64,000 nucleotides of DNA from Chloroflexota bacterium (lineage in GTDB: Bacteria > Chloroflexota > Anaerolineae > B4-G1 > SLSP01), in NCBI GenBank assembly GCA_034717835.1, contig JAYELZ010000256.1, positions 1,639 through 65,638 on the forward strand, written 5' to 3'. Shown in pieces: positions 39,678 to 48,575 of this stretch. The translations under genes were made by a program, and so were the position numbers. The number at the start of each line of letters is the position of its first letter. Position 1 is the stretch's first letter. The notes beneath the pieces were generated by a model. That model ran no database searches. It saw only the letters and a program-made list of their open reading frames with translations, and had not been told where the DNA came from.

Positions 39678-40904
39678 TTACCTGGCGCGGAGAATCTTCA
39701 ACCGGTTGCTGATGAGGAACAGGAGACTGGGGAAAAGTATCAATAGCGTGAGCAATGTCCAGGGAGCCACCGTGCTCCACAAGATAAGTCCCACAGTCCA
39801 GAAGTGTTGGGTCGGCTCCACCGGTTTTTCATCTTCGGCCAGCCAGGCTTGCCAATCGCGTTCCAACTGCGGTAATTCTAACCCCAAGCCTCTTTGCAAG
39901 CCCCGCGAGCACCCCAACCCGTCCACATAGGCCGCCAGTAGTGTGCGGATGCCGGACCAGCCGTAGGTCTGTTGGAGGTAATTGGTCACACTTTGGCTCT
40001 CTGCATAAGCCAGCACGATCTGTTCCGTCGGTAAGGATTGGAAAGAGGAGCAGAGGTCGCTTAGCGGGAGATAGCCATTTTCTTGCGCCGCTCTCTCCAG
40101 GGCGAGCGGGTAGCTGCTCTGGGGGCGTTGTTCAAAATGTGAGGCCAAACCTTCGTTTAACCACGTGGGGAGATTTTCGTAGCCGGCTTTCCCCAGCTGT
40201 TGGTAGAGTAGCAGATGGGTAATTTCGTGGGGGATAAATTGCTGCAACTTGAGTTGGGCTTCATCCGTGGGGCGGACGGCTATAAAAATACCGCCAGCTT
40301 CTGGCCGCGCTTCACCGCCTACCCATTCTAGGCCGGTCAAGCGTAACGCCTGTTGGAGATCCGGCTGAGAAGGGTAGATGTAGATATGGAAAGGTTGCAC
40401 TAGCGTGGAAGCCTCTGCAAATAGTGATGTAGTTACTTCTTCCAGGGCGCGGCGAGCGGCGTCGCTGCCCGTGGTCATCACTGCGACGGAGCCAGAAATC
40501 CAATGCAAGGTAAAGGTTTCTTCTTGCAGCGTCTGCCATTTGAAGCGGGTGTCTTCGTAGCGGAACTGCTGTTTGGTCGTCGTGGATTGGACCCCGTCGG
40601 CGGTGGGATATTGCCACCAATAGGTAACCTGGCAAAATGGCGGTAGCGGTCGGGTGTGGAGATCGCGTTGATAATGCGCTAGCCCAGCTACTACTGCTAC
40701 GGTTTGTACTACGGTATTTTCGTCACTGAGGCGCAAAAAGAGTTGCGCCTCAGTTGCGGGATTATCCGCCGGTAGTTCCAAGGTTATCTGTAAACTTTGA
40801 CCAAAGGAGTAGCTATGCTCCGTAGTTGGCTCGCCTTGAGCCAACGCTGGCAACGCCAGGAGTAGTGATAAGATAATCAAAAGCGCGCAGCGGTAAATTC
40901 TCAT
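39678..40904 (-). CDS. Secreted, C-terminally membrane-anchored zinc metallopeptidase (gluzincin-type HEITH...NEGLA)
   Basis: Signal peptide MRIYRCALLIILSLLLALPALAQ, HEITHLLL followed by NEGLASHFE, and a C-terminal TM helix. The ATG at 40904 has a GAGGGAA RBS. The ORF track starts at TTG 40922. Confidence 0.65.
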   Translation of the reverse strand: MRIYRCALLIILSLLLALPALAQGEPTTEHSYSFGQSLQITLELPADNPATEAQLFLRLSDENTVVQTVAVVAGLAHYQRDLHTRPLPPFCQVTYWWQYPTADGVQSTTTKQQFRYEDTRFKWQTLQEETFTLHWISGSVAVMTTGSDAARRALEEVTTSLFAEASTLVQPFHIYIYPSQPDLQQALRLTGLEWVGGEARPEAGGIFIAVRPTDEAQLKLQQFIPHEITHLLLYQQLGKAGYENLPTWLNEGLASHFEQRPQSSYPLALERAAQENGYLPLSDLCSSFQSLPTEQIVLAYAESQSVTNYLQQTYGWSGIRTLLAAYVDGLGCSRGLQRGLGLELPQLERDWQAWLAEDEKPVEPTQHFWTVGLILWSTVAPWTLLTLLILFPSLLFLISNRLKILRAR

Positions 40905-40978
40905 GGTTAATTTCCCTCGCAATACAGGTTGGCGCTACTGAAAGAACTTGGATTTTGTATTAGGGTCGCAGTTCAACT

Positions 40979-42007
40979 TCAGATATCATCTACTGGTCGT
41001 TGCCACGGATGCCACTCTTCTTCCCAGCTCAATTCGCCTTCCCCGTTGAACTCCTCTGGAGCAGCGTAGAATTTGTTGAGGTCTTGGTGTAGGAATTCTA
41101 GCTCTTGGAGGGCTTCCTCGGCTGCCGTTTGTAACACCTCATTCTCGGAATCTTGATAGCGTTGCAGCGTGCGGCGCGCGCGTTCCCCGCCGATCTGGCC
41201 CAAGGCCCATAAGGCCGTTTGTTGTATTTCCGCATCCACATCCTGAGTCAACTCTATGAGCGTGGGGATGGCCGTGCTCACAGCCAGTTCGCCGCAAGCG
41301 CGGACCGCTTCGTAGCGCATGGCGGGATTTGCGGATTCCAGGTGTCGGGTGACGGTGCCTCTCCAACGCGAGTCCGCACTGCGTCCCATGGCGAAAACGG
41401 CGCTGAGCTGCATTTCCTCTGCAGGGTCTTCGTACGCGGCTTGAATCAATTTTGTTATTTCTGGTTCCCCGACGTAGGCCAGGGATTCCAGTGCCCGCCG
41501 GCGTACTTCCAGGGTCTCGGTTGGCTTGCGATGCGCTTCAAGCAGGAAGTGGTAAGCTTTCTCGAAAAAATAGGGAGAGATTTGTTGTAGCTCGCCCCAG
41601 AGAATGAAATTAGCCAGAGCTTGCGCGGCGGCCAAGCGGACGGCCTCTTCTGCATCTTCCGAGAGGCAGTGTCCTAGTTGGGAGATGAGACGTACATCTT
41701 GCTCTTCCCACAGTCCCTGGATAGCGGCGGCGCGGATTTGTCCATCGAGATCGGTCAACGCCAGCGTGAAGACGGCGCTGAAATCTAGGGCGAAGTCATT
41801 TTCGGCTAGTTCAATGAGCGTGGTGAGCAATCGCCGACGTTCCGTGATGGGAAGTCGCCGCCAAACTTGAGCCAACCGCTCCTGCTCGGCCACCGATAGA
41901 CTGGCTAACTGCGCCCATTGCTTGGCGTCAGGCAGTTGCTGGTGTTCTTCTAAGGCTTGCCAGAGTTCTTCTTTGTTGGTCGTAGGATCGTATTCGCTAA
42001 AATCCAT
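40979..42007 (-). CDS. HEAT-repeat (PBS-lyase-like) protein
   Basis: Multiple ~30-aa HEAT-like repeats with A..AL..IG motifs. Acidic and soluble. Confidence 0.6.
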   Translation of the reverse strand: MDFSEYDPTTNKEELWQALEEHQQLPDAKQWAQLASLSVAEQERLAQVWRRLPITERRRLLTTLIELAENDFALDFSAVFTLALTDLDGQIRAAAIQGLWEEQDVRLISQLGHCLSEDAEEAVRLAAAQALANFILWGELQQISPYFFEKAYHFLLEAHRKPTETLEVRRRALESLAYVGEPEITKLIQAAYEDPAEEMQLSAVFAMGRSADSRWRGTVTRHLESANPAMRYEAVRACGELAVSTAIPTLIELTQDVDAEIQQTALWALGQIGGERARRTLQRYQDSENEVLQTAAEEALQELEFLHQDLNKFYAAPEEFNGEGELSWEEEWHPWQRPVDDI

Positions 42008-42046
42008 GTGGTACTCCTTGTTTATCCACAGATTGCTATTTGTGTT

Positions 42047-43264
42047 CTAGGGCAGCAGCGCCGGTAAATCGACCGGATGGAGCAGATCCAAGACGGTGAT
42101 CACTGCAAAGATCAGGAGGAGTATGGATAAAGCCACCTGGTGGATGCGTTCTTGCAAGCGGGGACTGAGCGGTTCTTTTCTGAGCAACTCAATAACCGTG
42201 AGGAGGATGCGTCCCCCGTCCAAGGCCGGGATGGGTAACAGGTTGAAAATCCCCAGGCTGACGCTGACCAGGATGAGCAGGTTGAGGATGGGGACTAACG
42301 TCCCTTGTGTGAAGCTCTGCTCAATGCTCTGATAAGCGATCCGGCTGATATTGATAATTCCTACCGGGCGGGCGGCTTCGGCTGGAATTAGTCCCTGTAC
42401 CAGCTCCACCGGCATCCAGATGGTCTTCCAGGTGATGAAGAAGAAGGTCCGGCTGCCTTGCAGCAGTGCTTGGCCGATGGGTACCGCTTCAATGTGATAC
42501 TCGGTCGGTTCGCCCTGGAGCATGACGCCCATGGAACCTTCGTTCGCGGGTGGAGCGATGCGTGGGGTGAGTGCGACGGTGAGCTCTGCGTCGCCACGTC
42601 CCACGGTGAGCGTCATCTCTTGGCCCAGCTGTTGCTGGGTACGCGCTATTACTTCCTCTATGTCCAACCCTCGCTCTCCGTTGATGGCGAGGATGACATC
42701 ATCCGCCTGCAAGTTGACTTCTGCGGCCGGTGAATGCGGCGCGACCTGCGTGATACGTACCAGCATCTCATCAACGATAGGGATGCCGGTGGTGAAGAGC
42801 AGAATTGCCAGCACCCAGGCGGTTAGTAAGTTCATCAGCGGGCCGCCCAGGTAGATGAGGATGCGTTTGACGGGCGATTTAGCGTAAAGGCTATGCTCGT
42901 GGGCGGCCTGGAGTTCAGCCGCCGTTGGCGGCACTTTCTCCGTTGCGTATGGCCTCATATCATCTTCGTCCATTAGCACGGGTTCCTGAGTTTCCACCAG
43001 CAGCGTTAGTTCTTCCTCCGCGGGAGGCTCAACGGTACCTGTGAGATCCTCTTCGCCTTCCATCCGGGCAAAGCCGCCCAGCGGCAGCCAGTTGAGGGTG
43101 AATTCCGTCTCTTGCCACTTGAATAACTTCACGATGCGCGGCGGGAGGCCAATACCGAATTCTCTAACCCAGACGCCTAGCCATTTGGCGATGAACATGT
43201 GCCCCATTTCGTGTAAAACAATCAATGGTACTAAAGCTACTACAAAGCCAATTACTGAATTCAT
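42047..43264 (-). CDS. rseP: Site-2 protease / RIP zinc metalloprotease (RseP family, M50) with one PDZ domain
   Basis: HEMGH in TM1, a PDZ domain, and a distal LPIPALDGG motif. Confidence 0.85.
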   Translation of the reverse strand: MNSVIGFVVALVPLIVLHEMGHMFIAKWLGVWVREFGIGLPPRIVKLFKWQETEFTLNWLPLGGFARMEGEEDLTGTVEPPAEEELTLLVETQEPVLMDEDDMRPYATEKVPPTAAELQAAHEHSLYAKSPVKRILIYLGGPLMNLLTAWVLAILLFTTGIPIVDEMLVRITQVAPHSPAAEVNLQADDVILAINGERGLDIEEVIARTQQQLGQEMTLTVGRGDAELTVALTPRIAPPANEGSMGVMLQGEPTEYHIEAVPIGQALLQGSRTFFFITWKTIWMPVELVQGLIPAEAARPVGIINISRIAYQSIEQSFTQGTLVPILNLLILVSVSLGIFNLLPIPALDGGRILLTVIELLRKEPLSPRLQERIHQVALSILLLIFAVITVLDLLHPVDLPALLP

Positions 43265-43400
43265 AATGCGTTGGACTCCTTTTTTTAGCTGGGTGTGGAT
43301 TTGAAATCTTCCAGTCCAGAGTTTCAGGTTTTAATTGACGATTGTATTATACTATGAGGCAGAATGCGTGTCCAGCGAAAAGAAAGGGCATGTTTGGGCG

Positions 43401-43424
43401 TGTATAACAATTATAATTGATACA
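43401..43424. promoter_or_regulatory. 24-nt near-perfect palindrome (TGTATAACAATTATAATTGATACA) overlapping a TATAAT -10 box, ~26 nt upstream of the glycoside hydrolase gene
   Basis: TGTATaaCAATTatAATTGaTACA, with TATAAT at 43412-43417. Confidence 0.5.
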
Positions 43425-43449
43425 CCGAGTCGCTAAACTGGAGGGAATT

Positions 43450-44817
43450 GTGCGCCAACTGAAAAAATGCTGGGGAATACTTTTATTGTTAGGTTTATTA
43501 TTGCCAGTTCAGCCCCTGGCGGCTCAGACGGGAGGCGAACGTTTGGTTGTAGCCTTTTATTACGCCTGGTTCGACTGGAACACCTGGGGGCTGGCGCTCC
43601 CAGATCAGCCGACGCAACCCTACCTCTCCGCTGACCCGACCACCATCGAGAGGCATGTGGTGCAGGCCCAGCAGGCGGGCTTGGATGCGTTGGTCTTGGA
43701 TTGGCTCGGCCCTCAAGTGGAGAATAACCAGACCGAGACTAATATGCGAATTCTGTTGGATAAAGCGGTGGCCCACGGATTAAAAGCGGCGCTGACGGTG
43801 GATATTGCGGGGCCGTTCATCAACAATCAGAGTGAGCTGGTGACGGCGTTGACGGCGCTGCGTGATACCCACGCCGCGCACCCCGGATACCTGCGCGCGG
43901 ATGGCCGACCGGTGGTCTTTTTCTGGCGGCAGAATCAATACTCGGTGGAAAGTTGGCTCGCGTTGCGCCAACAGATCGACCCGCAACATACTATGCTCTG
44001 GATCGCTGAAGGATTAGAGACCGATTATCTGCGGGTTTTTGATGGACTTTATCTTTACAGCGTGGCTTGGTCAATTGAGCCAGATAGCGTGTTGCTCCGC
44101 TGGGGAAGTGAGGTGCGGCAGTGGAGTGCGGCGCAGGGAACTTCTCGCTATTGGGTAGCGACAACCATGCCCGGTTACGATGATTACGTCACGGGACGTG
44201 CGGATGCTTTTGTCCAGCCGCGTGACGGGGGCAACTATTACCGCACTTGTTGGCGCGGAGCGCGGGAGAGTGGGGCCGACATGGTGGCCATCACCAGCTT
44301 CAACGAATGGTTAGAAGGGACTTATATTGAGCCATCGCACTTGTACGGAGATACTTACCTCAACTTGACCGCGCAGTTAGCCAATGAATACCGCCAACAG
44401 AGCGTGCCGCCTACCGCTACGCCCGCACCGCCCACGGTGATCCCGCCGACCGCGACGCCGGTTTCTCCCACATTGACCCCGCCGCCTACCGCGACGCTGT
44501 TGCCCTCCCCCACGGCGACTTTTACGCCCACGGTCAAGCCAACGGCTATGCCAACAGCCACGTTAACTCCCACAGCTACTCCTTTTCGGTTGCCCACCCC
44601 CACACCGACAGAGAGCGGGCCGTTGTTGACTGCGACGGCGACTGAAGAGCAGCAGTTGCCAGTTCTGCCGGCTAGGGAGGAGACCCCGTTAGTTCCGGCC
44701 CGGCTCCCGGTGAATGGGAGTACCCCGCCACGCTCCTGTTCACTGCTGCCCGTGGCCTTGCTCTTTATTCCGCTGGGGGTTGTACATCTAAAGCGCGTAT
44801 GGTATAGTCGCAGTTAG
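43450..44817 (+). CDS. Secreted glycoside-hydrolase-like protein with a Pro/Thr-rich linker and a C-terminal membrane anchor
   Basis: The GTG at 43450 has a GGAGGGA RBS and a signal peptide (MRQLKKCWGILLLLGLLLPVQPLAAQ). A TIM-barrel-like hydrolase region (VVAFYYAWFDWNTWG...) is followed by a ~90-aa PT-rich linker (PTATPAPPTVIPPTATP...) and a C-terminal hydrophobic segment. Confidence 0.6.
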   Translation: MRQLKKCWGILLLLGLLLPVQPLAAQTGGERLVVAFYYAWFDWNTWGLALPDQPTQPYLSADPTTIERHVVQAQQAGLDALVLDWLGPQVENNQTETNMRILLDKAVAHGLKAALTVDIAGPFINNQSELVTALTALRDTHAAHPGYLRADGRPVVFFWRQNQYSVESWLALRQQIDPQHTMLWIAEGLETDYLRVFDGLYLYSVAWSIEPDSVLLRWGSEVRQWSAAQGTSRYWVATTMPGYDDYVTGRADAFVQPRDGGNYYRTCWRGARESGADMVAITSFNEWLEGTYIEPSHLYGDTYLNLTAQLANEYRQQSVPPTATPAPPTVIPPTATPVSPTLTPPPTATLLPSPTATFTPTVKPTAMPTATLTPTATPFRLPTPTPTESGPLLTATATEEQQLPVLPAREETPLVPARLPVNGSTPPRSCSLLPVALLFIPLGVVHLKRVWYSRS

Positions 44818-44838
44818 TTACCTGATATTTCTAGTTTT

Positions 44839-44898
44839 GAACGCAGATTTTTTTAGTTCCCCCTTGAAAATTTTTTGATCAGTGTTCGTCTGCGTCCC
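44839..44898. repeat. Hairpin element (GAACGCAGA...TCTGCGTCC), member of a pair flanking aspS
   Basis: Shares GGACGCAGA, CTAAAAAAAT and CTGCGTCC blocks, in inverted orientation, with the copy at 46721-46765. Confidence 0.45.
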
Positions 44899-44914
44899 AT
44901 TAAGGAGAGGATTT

Positions 44915-46684
44915 ATGTTGAAAAATCATACCTGTGGAGAATTACGAGTGACCCAGGCAGGAGAAGAAGTCACGCTGGCCGGCTGGGTGAATTTGCGCCG
45001 CGATCATGGGGGCGTGATCTTTATCGTCTTGCGGGATCGGGAGGGTCTGACCCAGGTGGTGGTTAACTCAGATACGGCGCCCGCAGCCCATGCCGTCGCC
45101 GCGCAGGTGCGCAGTGAGTATGTCTTACAAGTGCGTGGGACGGTGCAAGCCCGTCCCGCCGCTCAGGTGAATGTGGAGTGGGGCACGGGCGAAATTGAGG
45201 TAGAGGCCAGTGAGATTAAGGTGCTCAACACCTCGGAAACCCCGCCCTTTTACATCTACAAGGATGATGTTAACCTGACTGAGAGCTTGCGCTTGCGTTA
45301 CCGTTACCTCGACTTGCGCCGCGCAACCATGCAGCGCCACATGGTTTTGCGTCACCGGGTGGTGAGTTTCATCCGCCGCTTTATGGATGAGGCCGGTTTT
45401 ATAGAAATCGAGACGCCGTATCTCTTTAAATCCACGCCGGAGGGCGCGCGCGACTATCTGGTGCCCAGCCGCGTGCATCCGGGGAAATTCTATGCACTGC
45501 CGCAATCCCCGCAGCAGCTCAAGCAGCTGTTGATGGTGGCCGGCTATGAGAAATACTACCAGATCGCGCGCTGTTTTCGCGATGAGGATTTGCGCGGCGA
45601 CCGCCAGCCGGAGTTCACCCAGCTGGACTTGGAAATCTCATTTGTCGAACGCGATGACATTCTGGATTTGATGGCAGAGCTCTTCACCCAACTGGTGCAG
45701 CAAGTGACGCCGGAGAAACGGCTCCTTTCGCCTTTCCCGCGTTTCTCTTACGCTGAAGCCGTGGCTAAGTATGGCACCGACAAGCCCGATCTCCGTTTTG
45801 GGATGCAGCTAGTGGATTTGACTGATAAACTGCACACCAGCGGCTTCCGGGTTTTCCAGCGCGTGGTGAAATCCGGTGGGCAGATCAAGGCGCTGGTAGC
45901 GCCAGGTTGCGCCAAGTATTCCCGCCGCCAGACCGACGAACTGATTGGGCTGGCTAAGACGGCCGGCGCTAAGGGACTGGTGACGTTCGCCTACCTCCCG
46001 GAGCGAGTGAAGGGCGCGGCGGTTAAGTTCTTCTCGGCGGAAGAGTTGGCATTGATCGCCGCGCAGACGGGGGCCGTAGAGGGCGACCTGGTCTGCATTG
46101 TGGCGGACGAACCGGCGGTAGTAGCTGCCGCGCTCTCGGCTCTACGGCTCACCTTCCGCGACCGCTTGGAGTTGGTTGATCCAGAGTTATTAGCTTTTGC
46201 TTGGGTGCTGGACTTCCCGATGTACGCCTGGGACGAGGAAGAGGAACGCTGGCAGGCTGCGCACCATCCCTTCACCATGCCCCGGCCCAACACCTACGCA
46301 GAGATGTCGGCTGATCCCACCGCTGTACTCTCTGATGCTTACGATCTGGTCTGCAACGGCTACGAGTTGGCTTCTGGCAGCATCCGTGTCCATGATCCTA
46401 AAATCCAGAAGGATATCTTCAGCATTTTGGGTTACTCGGAAGAGGAGACGCAAGCGCGTTTCGGCCACATGCTGGAGGCTTTCTCCTACGGCGCGCCGCC
46501 GCATGGCGGCATAGCACCTGGCATTGATCGGCTGGTGATGCTCTTGGCAGGCGTGGATAATATCCGCGAGGTGATCGCCTTCCCCAAGACCAGTCAGGCC
46601 GCCGACTTGATGGCGGATTCGCCCTCAGCGGTCTCTGCCCAACAGTTGGCGGAGCTGCACTTGCGCATCGTGGAAGAGGAGTAG
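44915..46684 (+). CDS. aspS: Aspartate--tRNA ligase
   Basis: About 590 aa with an N-terminal OB fold, class II motifs 1-3 (FRDEDLRGDRQPEFTQLD, GGIAPGIDRLVML) and the GAD insertion. The ATG at 44915 has an AAGGAGAGG RBS. Confidence 0.92.
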   Translation: MLKNHTCGELRVTQAGEEVTLAGWVNLRRDHGGVIFIVLRDREGLTQVVVNSDTAPAAHAVAAQVRSEYVLQVRGTVQARPAAQVNVEWGTGEIEVEASEIKVLNTSETPPFYIYKDDVNLTESLRLRYRYLDLRRATMQRHMVLRHRVVSFIRRFMDEAGFIEIETPYLFKSTPEGARDYLVPSRVHPGKFYALPQSPQQLKQLLMVAGYEKYYQIARCFRDEDLRGDRQPEFTQLDLEISFVERDDILDLMAELFTQLVQQVTPEKRLLSPFPRFSYAEAVAKYGTDKPDLRFGMQLVDLTDKLHTSGFRVFQRVVKSGGQIKALVAPGCAKYSRRQTDELIGLAKTAGAKGLVTFAYLPERVKGAAVKFFSAEELALIAAQTGAVEGDLVCIVADEPAVVAAALSALRLTFRDRLELVDPELLAFAWVLDFPMYAWDEEEERWQAAHHPFTMPRPNTYAEMSADPTAVLSDAYDLVCNGYELASGSIRVHDPKIQKDIFSILGYSEEETQARFGHMLEAFSYGAPPHGGIAPGIDRLVMLLAGVDNIREVIAFPKTSQAADLMADSPSAVSAQQLAELHLRIVEEE

Positions 46685-46720
46685 CGGATAGGGACTAGCT
46701 GCTTGACAGCTTTCCAAAGG

Positions 46721-46765
46721 GGACGCAGATGAAAAAACTAAAAAAATTTACGCCCGTCTGCGTCC
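46721..46765. repeat. Second copy of the aspS-flanking hairpin element (GGACGCAGA...TCTGCGTCC)
   Basis: Perfect 9-bp stem with a 27-nt A-rich loop. Confidence 0.45.
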
Positions 46766-46899
46766 AAAATTTAACGGAGGAAAATTGGACTTTATCGGTC
46801 TATGTTTGATGGCACACTCTCTGGTAAGTTTAGCATCTCTGTGCTCTCCGTGGCCCCGTGGTGAAATCTTGGTTTTTTCTCAAATACCGGAGGTTTAAC

Positions 46900-48054
46900 T
46901 TGAATTACGATTTTGATACTATCATTCCGCGCCGTGATACCGAAAGCATCAAATGGAATTTCTGTGACGCCGACGAGTTACCCATGTGGGTGGCCGATAT
47001 GGATTTCCGCTCTCCAGAGCCGGTGATGGCAGCCTTGCGCGCGCGGGTGGAGCACGGCGTCTTTGGCTACGGCAGCACTCCGCCCGCTTTGCGCGCGGCC
47101 ATCGTGGAGCGGCTCCAACGGCTCTACGCCTGGCAGGTGGCGCCGCAAGATATCGTGATGTTGCCCGGCGTGGTACCCGGCTTTAACGTGGCGGCGCAAG
47201 CCTTGTTGGAGCCAGGGGATGGGTTGCTTGTGCAAACCCCCGTTTACCCGCCCATCTTGCACGCGGCGAAAAACGCAGATTTCCACTCGCAGTACATGTC
47301 CTTGACGCGGCAACCGGATGGTCGCTATACGGTGGACTGGGAACTTTTTGAGGAGACCATCACGGCCCGTACGCGGATGTTCTTGCTCTGCAACCCGCAT
47401 AACCCCGTAGGACGAGTCTTCACCGAGGCGGAGTTGCGGCAGATGGCGGAGCTCTGTCTGCGCCACGAGCTCTTTATCTGCTCCGATGAAATCCACGGCG
47501 ACTTGATTTTTAGCGAGGCGCAACATCGCCCCATCGCTTCTTTGGTGCCGGAGATTGCTGCGCGCACCATCACCTTGATGGCTCCGAGCAAAACCTTCAA
47601 CATTGCGGGTTTGGGCTGCGCATTCGCGGTGATTCCCAACCCAGAACTGCGGAAAGCGTTCCAGACCGGGCGACGCGGCTTGCTGGGGCATCCCAACATC
47701 TTGGGTTTGACGGCGGCCCTGGCCGCGTACCAAAAGGGGCAATCATGGCTCACCGCGCTGCTCCATTACTTGGAGTCCAACCGCGATTACACGTATGACT
47801 TTGTGCAACAACAGCTGCCCGGCATCCAGATGGCGCGGCCAGAGGGCACCTACCTGGCCTGGTTGGACTGCCGCGAGAGCGGTATCCCCGGCAACCCCTC
47901 CGAATTCTTCCGCGCCGAGGCCCGCGTCATGCTCAACGATGGCGCGATTTTCGGCCCCGATGGCGCCGGCTTTGTGAGGCTCAACTTTGGCACGCCGCGC
48001 GCGCTCCTGGTGGAGGGCTTAGAGCGTATGAAGGCCGCGTTGGCGAGACTTTGA
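46900..48054 (+). CDS. patB: PLP-dependent aminotransferase class I/II, PatB/MalY-type C-S lyase
   Basis: NYDFDTIIPRRDTESIKWNF N-terminus typical of PatB/MalY. Fold-type I PLP enzyme. The TTG at 46900 has a GGAGG RBS. Confidence 0.75.
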   Translation: MNYDFDTIIPRRDTESIKWNFCDADELPMWVADMDFRSPEPVMAALRARVEHGVFGYGSTPPALRAAIVERLQRLYAWQVAPQDIVMLPGVVPGFNVAAQALLEPGDGLLVQTPVYPPILHAAKNADFHSQYMSLTRQPDGRYTVDWELFEETITARTRMFLLCNPHNPVGRVFTEAELRQMAELCLRHELFICSDEIHGDLIFSEAQHRPIASLVPEIAARTITLMAPSKTFNIAGLGCAFAVIPNPELRKAFQTGRRGLLGHPNILGLTAALAAYQKGQSWLTALLHYLESNRDYTYDFVQQQLPGIQMARPEGTYLAWLDCRESGIPGNPSEFFRAEARVMLNDGAIFGPDGAGFVRLNFGTPRALLVEGLERMKAALARL

Positions 48055-48078
48055 GGTAAACGTAAGAGGAGACAGGCT

Positions 48079-48441
48079 ATGTCGAAAGAAGAGGTCCCTT
48101 CTCAAGCTCTGGTGGAACGTCAAGAACAATTACAATTAGAATTGGCGCGTTATCTGCGCTTGCTAACCACTCATGGCTCACCAGAAAAAATAATTCTTTT
48201 TGGTTCGTTAGCCAAGGGGGAATTGCATCGTTGGTCAGATATTGATCTGCTAATCGTAGAGCGGACCTCGCTCCCATTTTTCCAACGACTGCATCAAAAA
48301 CGGTTACTTTTGCAACCCACGGTAGGCACTGACATTTTGGTTTATACGCCGGAGGAATTTGAACAGTTGTCTTTGGAACGACCATTCTTTCGGGAAGAAG
48401 TTTTGAGCAAAGGAACGGTGCTCTATGAACAGGGGAATTGA
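48079..48441 (+). CDS. Minimal nucleotidyltransferase (MNT / Pol-beta superfamily), with no HEPN partner gene
   Basis: LFGSLAKGELHRWSDIDLLIV motif (GS...D.D). Confidence 0.7.
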   Translation: MSKEEVPSQALVERQEQLQLELARYLRLLTTHGSPEKIILFGSLAKGELHRWSDIDLLIVERTSLPFFQRLHQKRLLLQPTVGTDILVYTPEEFEQLSLERPFFREEVLSKGTVLYEQGN

Positions 48442-48505
48442 GCGTTTCACGTTGCAGCAAGTAAAACAGGTTTTGGACACAAATTGAAACGCTGGATAAT
48501 TTGGT

Positions 48506-48570
48506 CCTTGACTATTGACTCCCCGACTAACGACTTTCAACTTTTGACCTTTGACTTAACTAAGGACTAA
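48506..48570. repeat. GACTA-periodic repeat tract immediately upstream of rmlC (family A/B/C, copy A)
   Basis: ttGACTAttGACTccccGACTAacGACTttcaacttttGACctttGACTtaactaagGACTAat. Confidence 0.6.
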
Positions 48571-48575
48571 TAACC

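Noticed and set aside
46685-46899. Riboswitch (S-box or T-box) upstream of patB and the tRNA synthetase genes
   Set aside because: The leaders of aspS (97 nt) and lysS (79 nt) are too short for T-boxes. The patB leader lacks the SAM-I conserved core that I could recognise. It contains only the aspS downstream hairpin element.
48077-48460. 127-aa - strand ORF antisense to the MNT gene (candidate HEPN partner?)
   Set aside because: Fully antisense-overlapping. No HEPN Rx4-6H motif and no RBS. A frame artefact.
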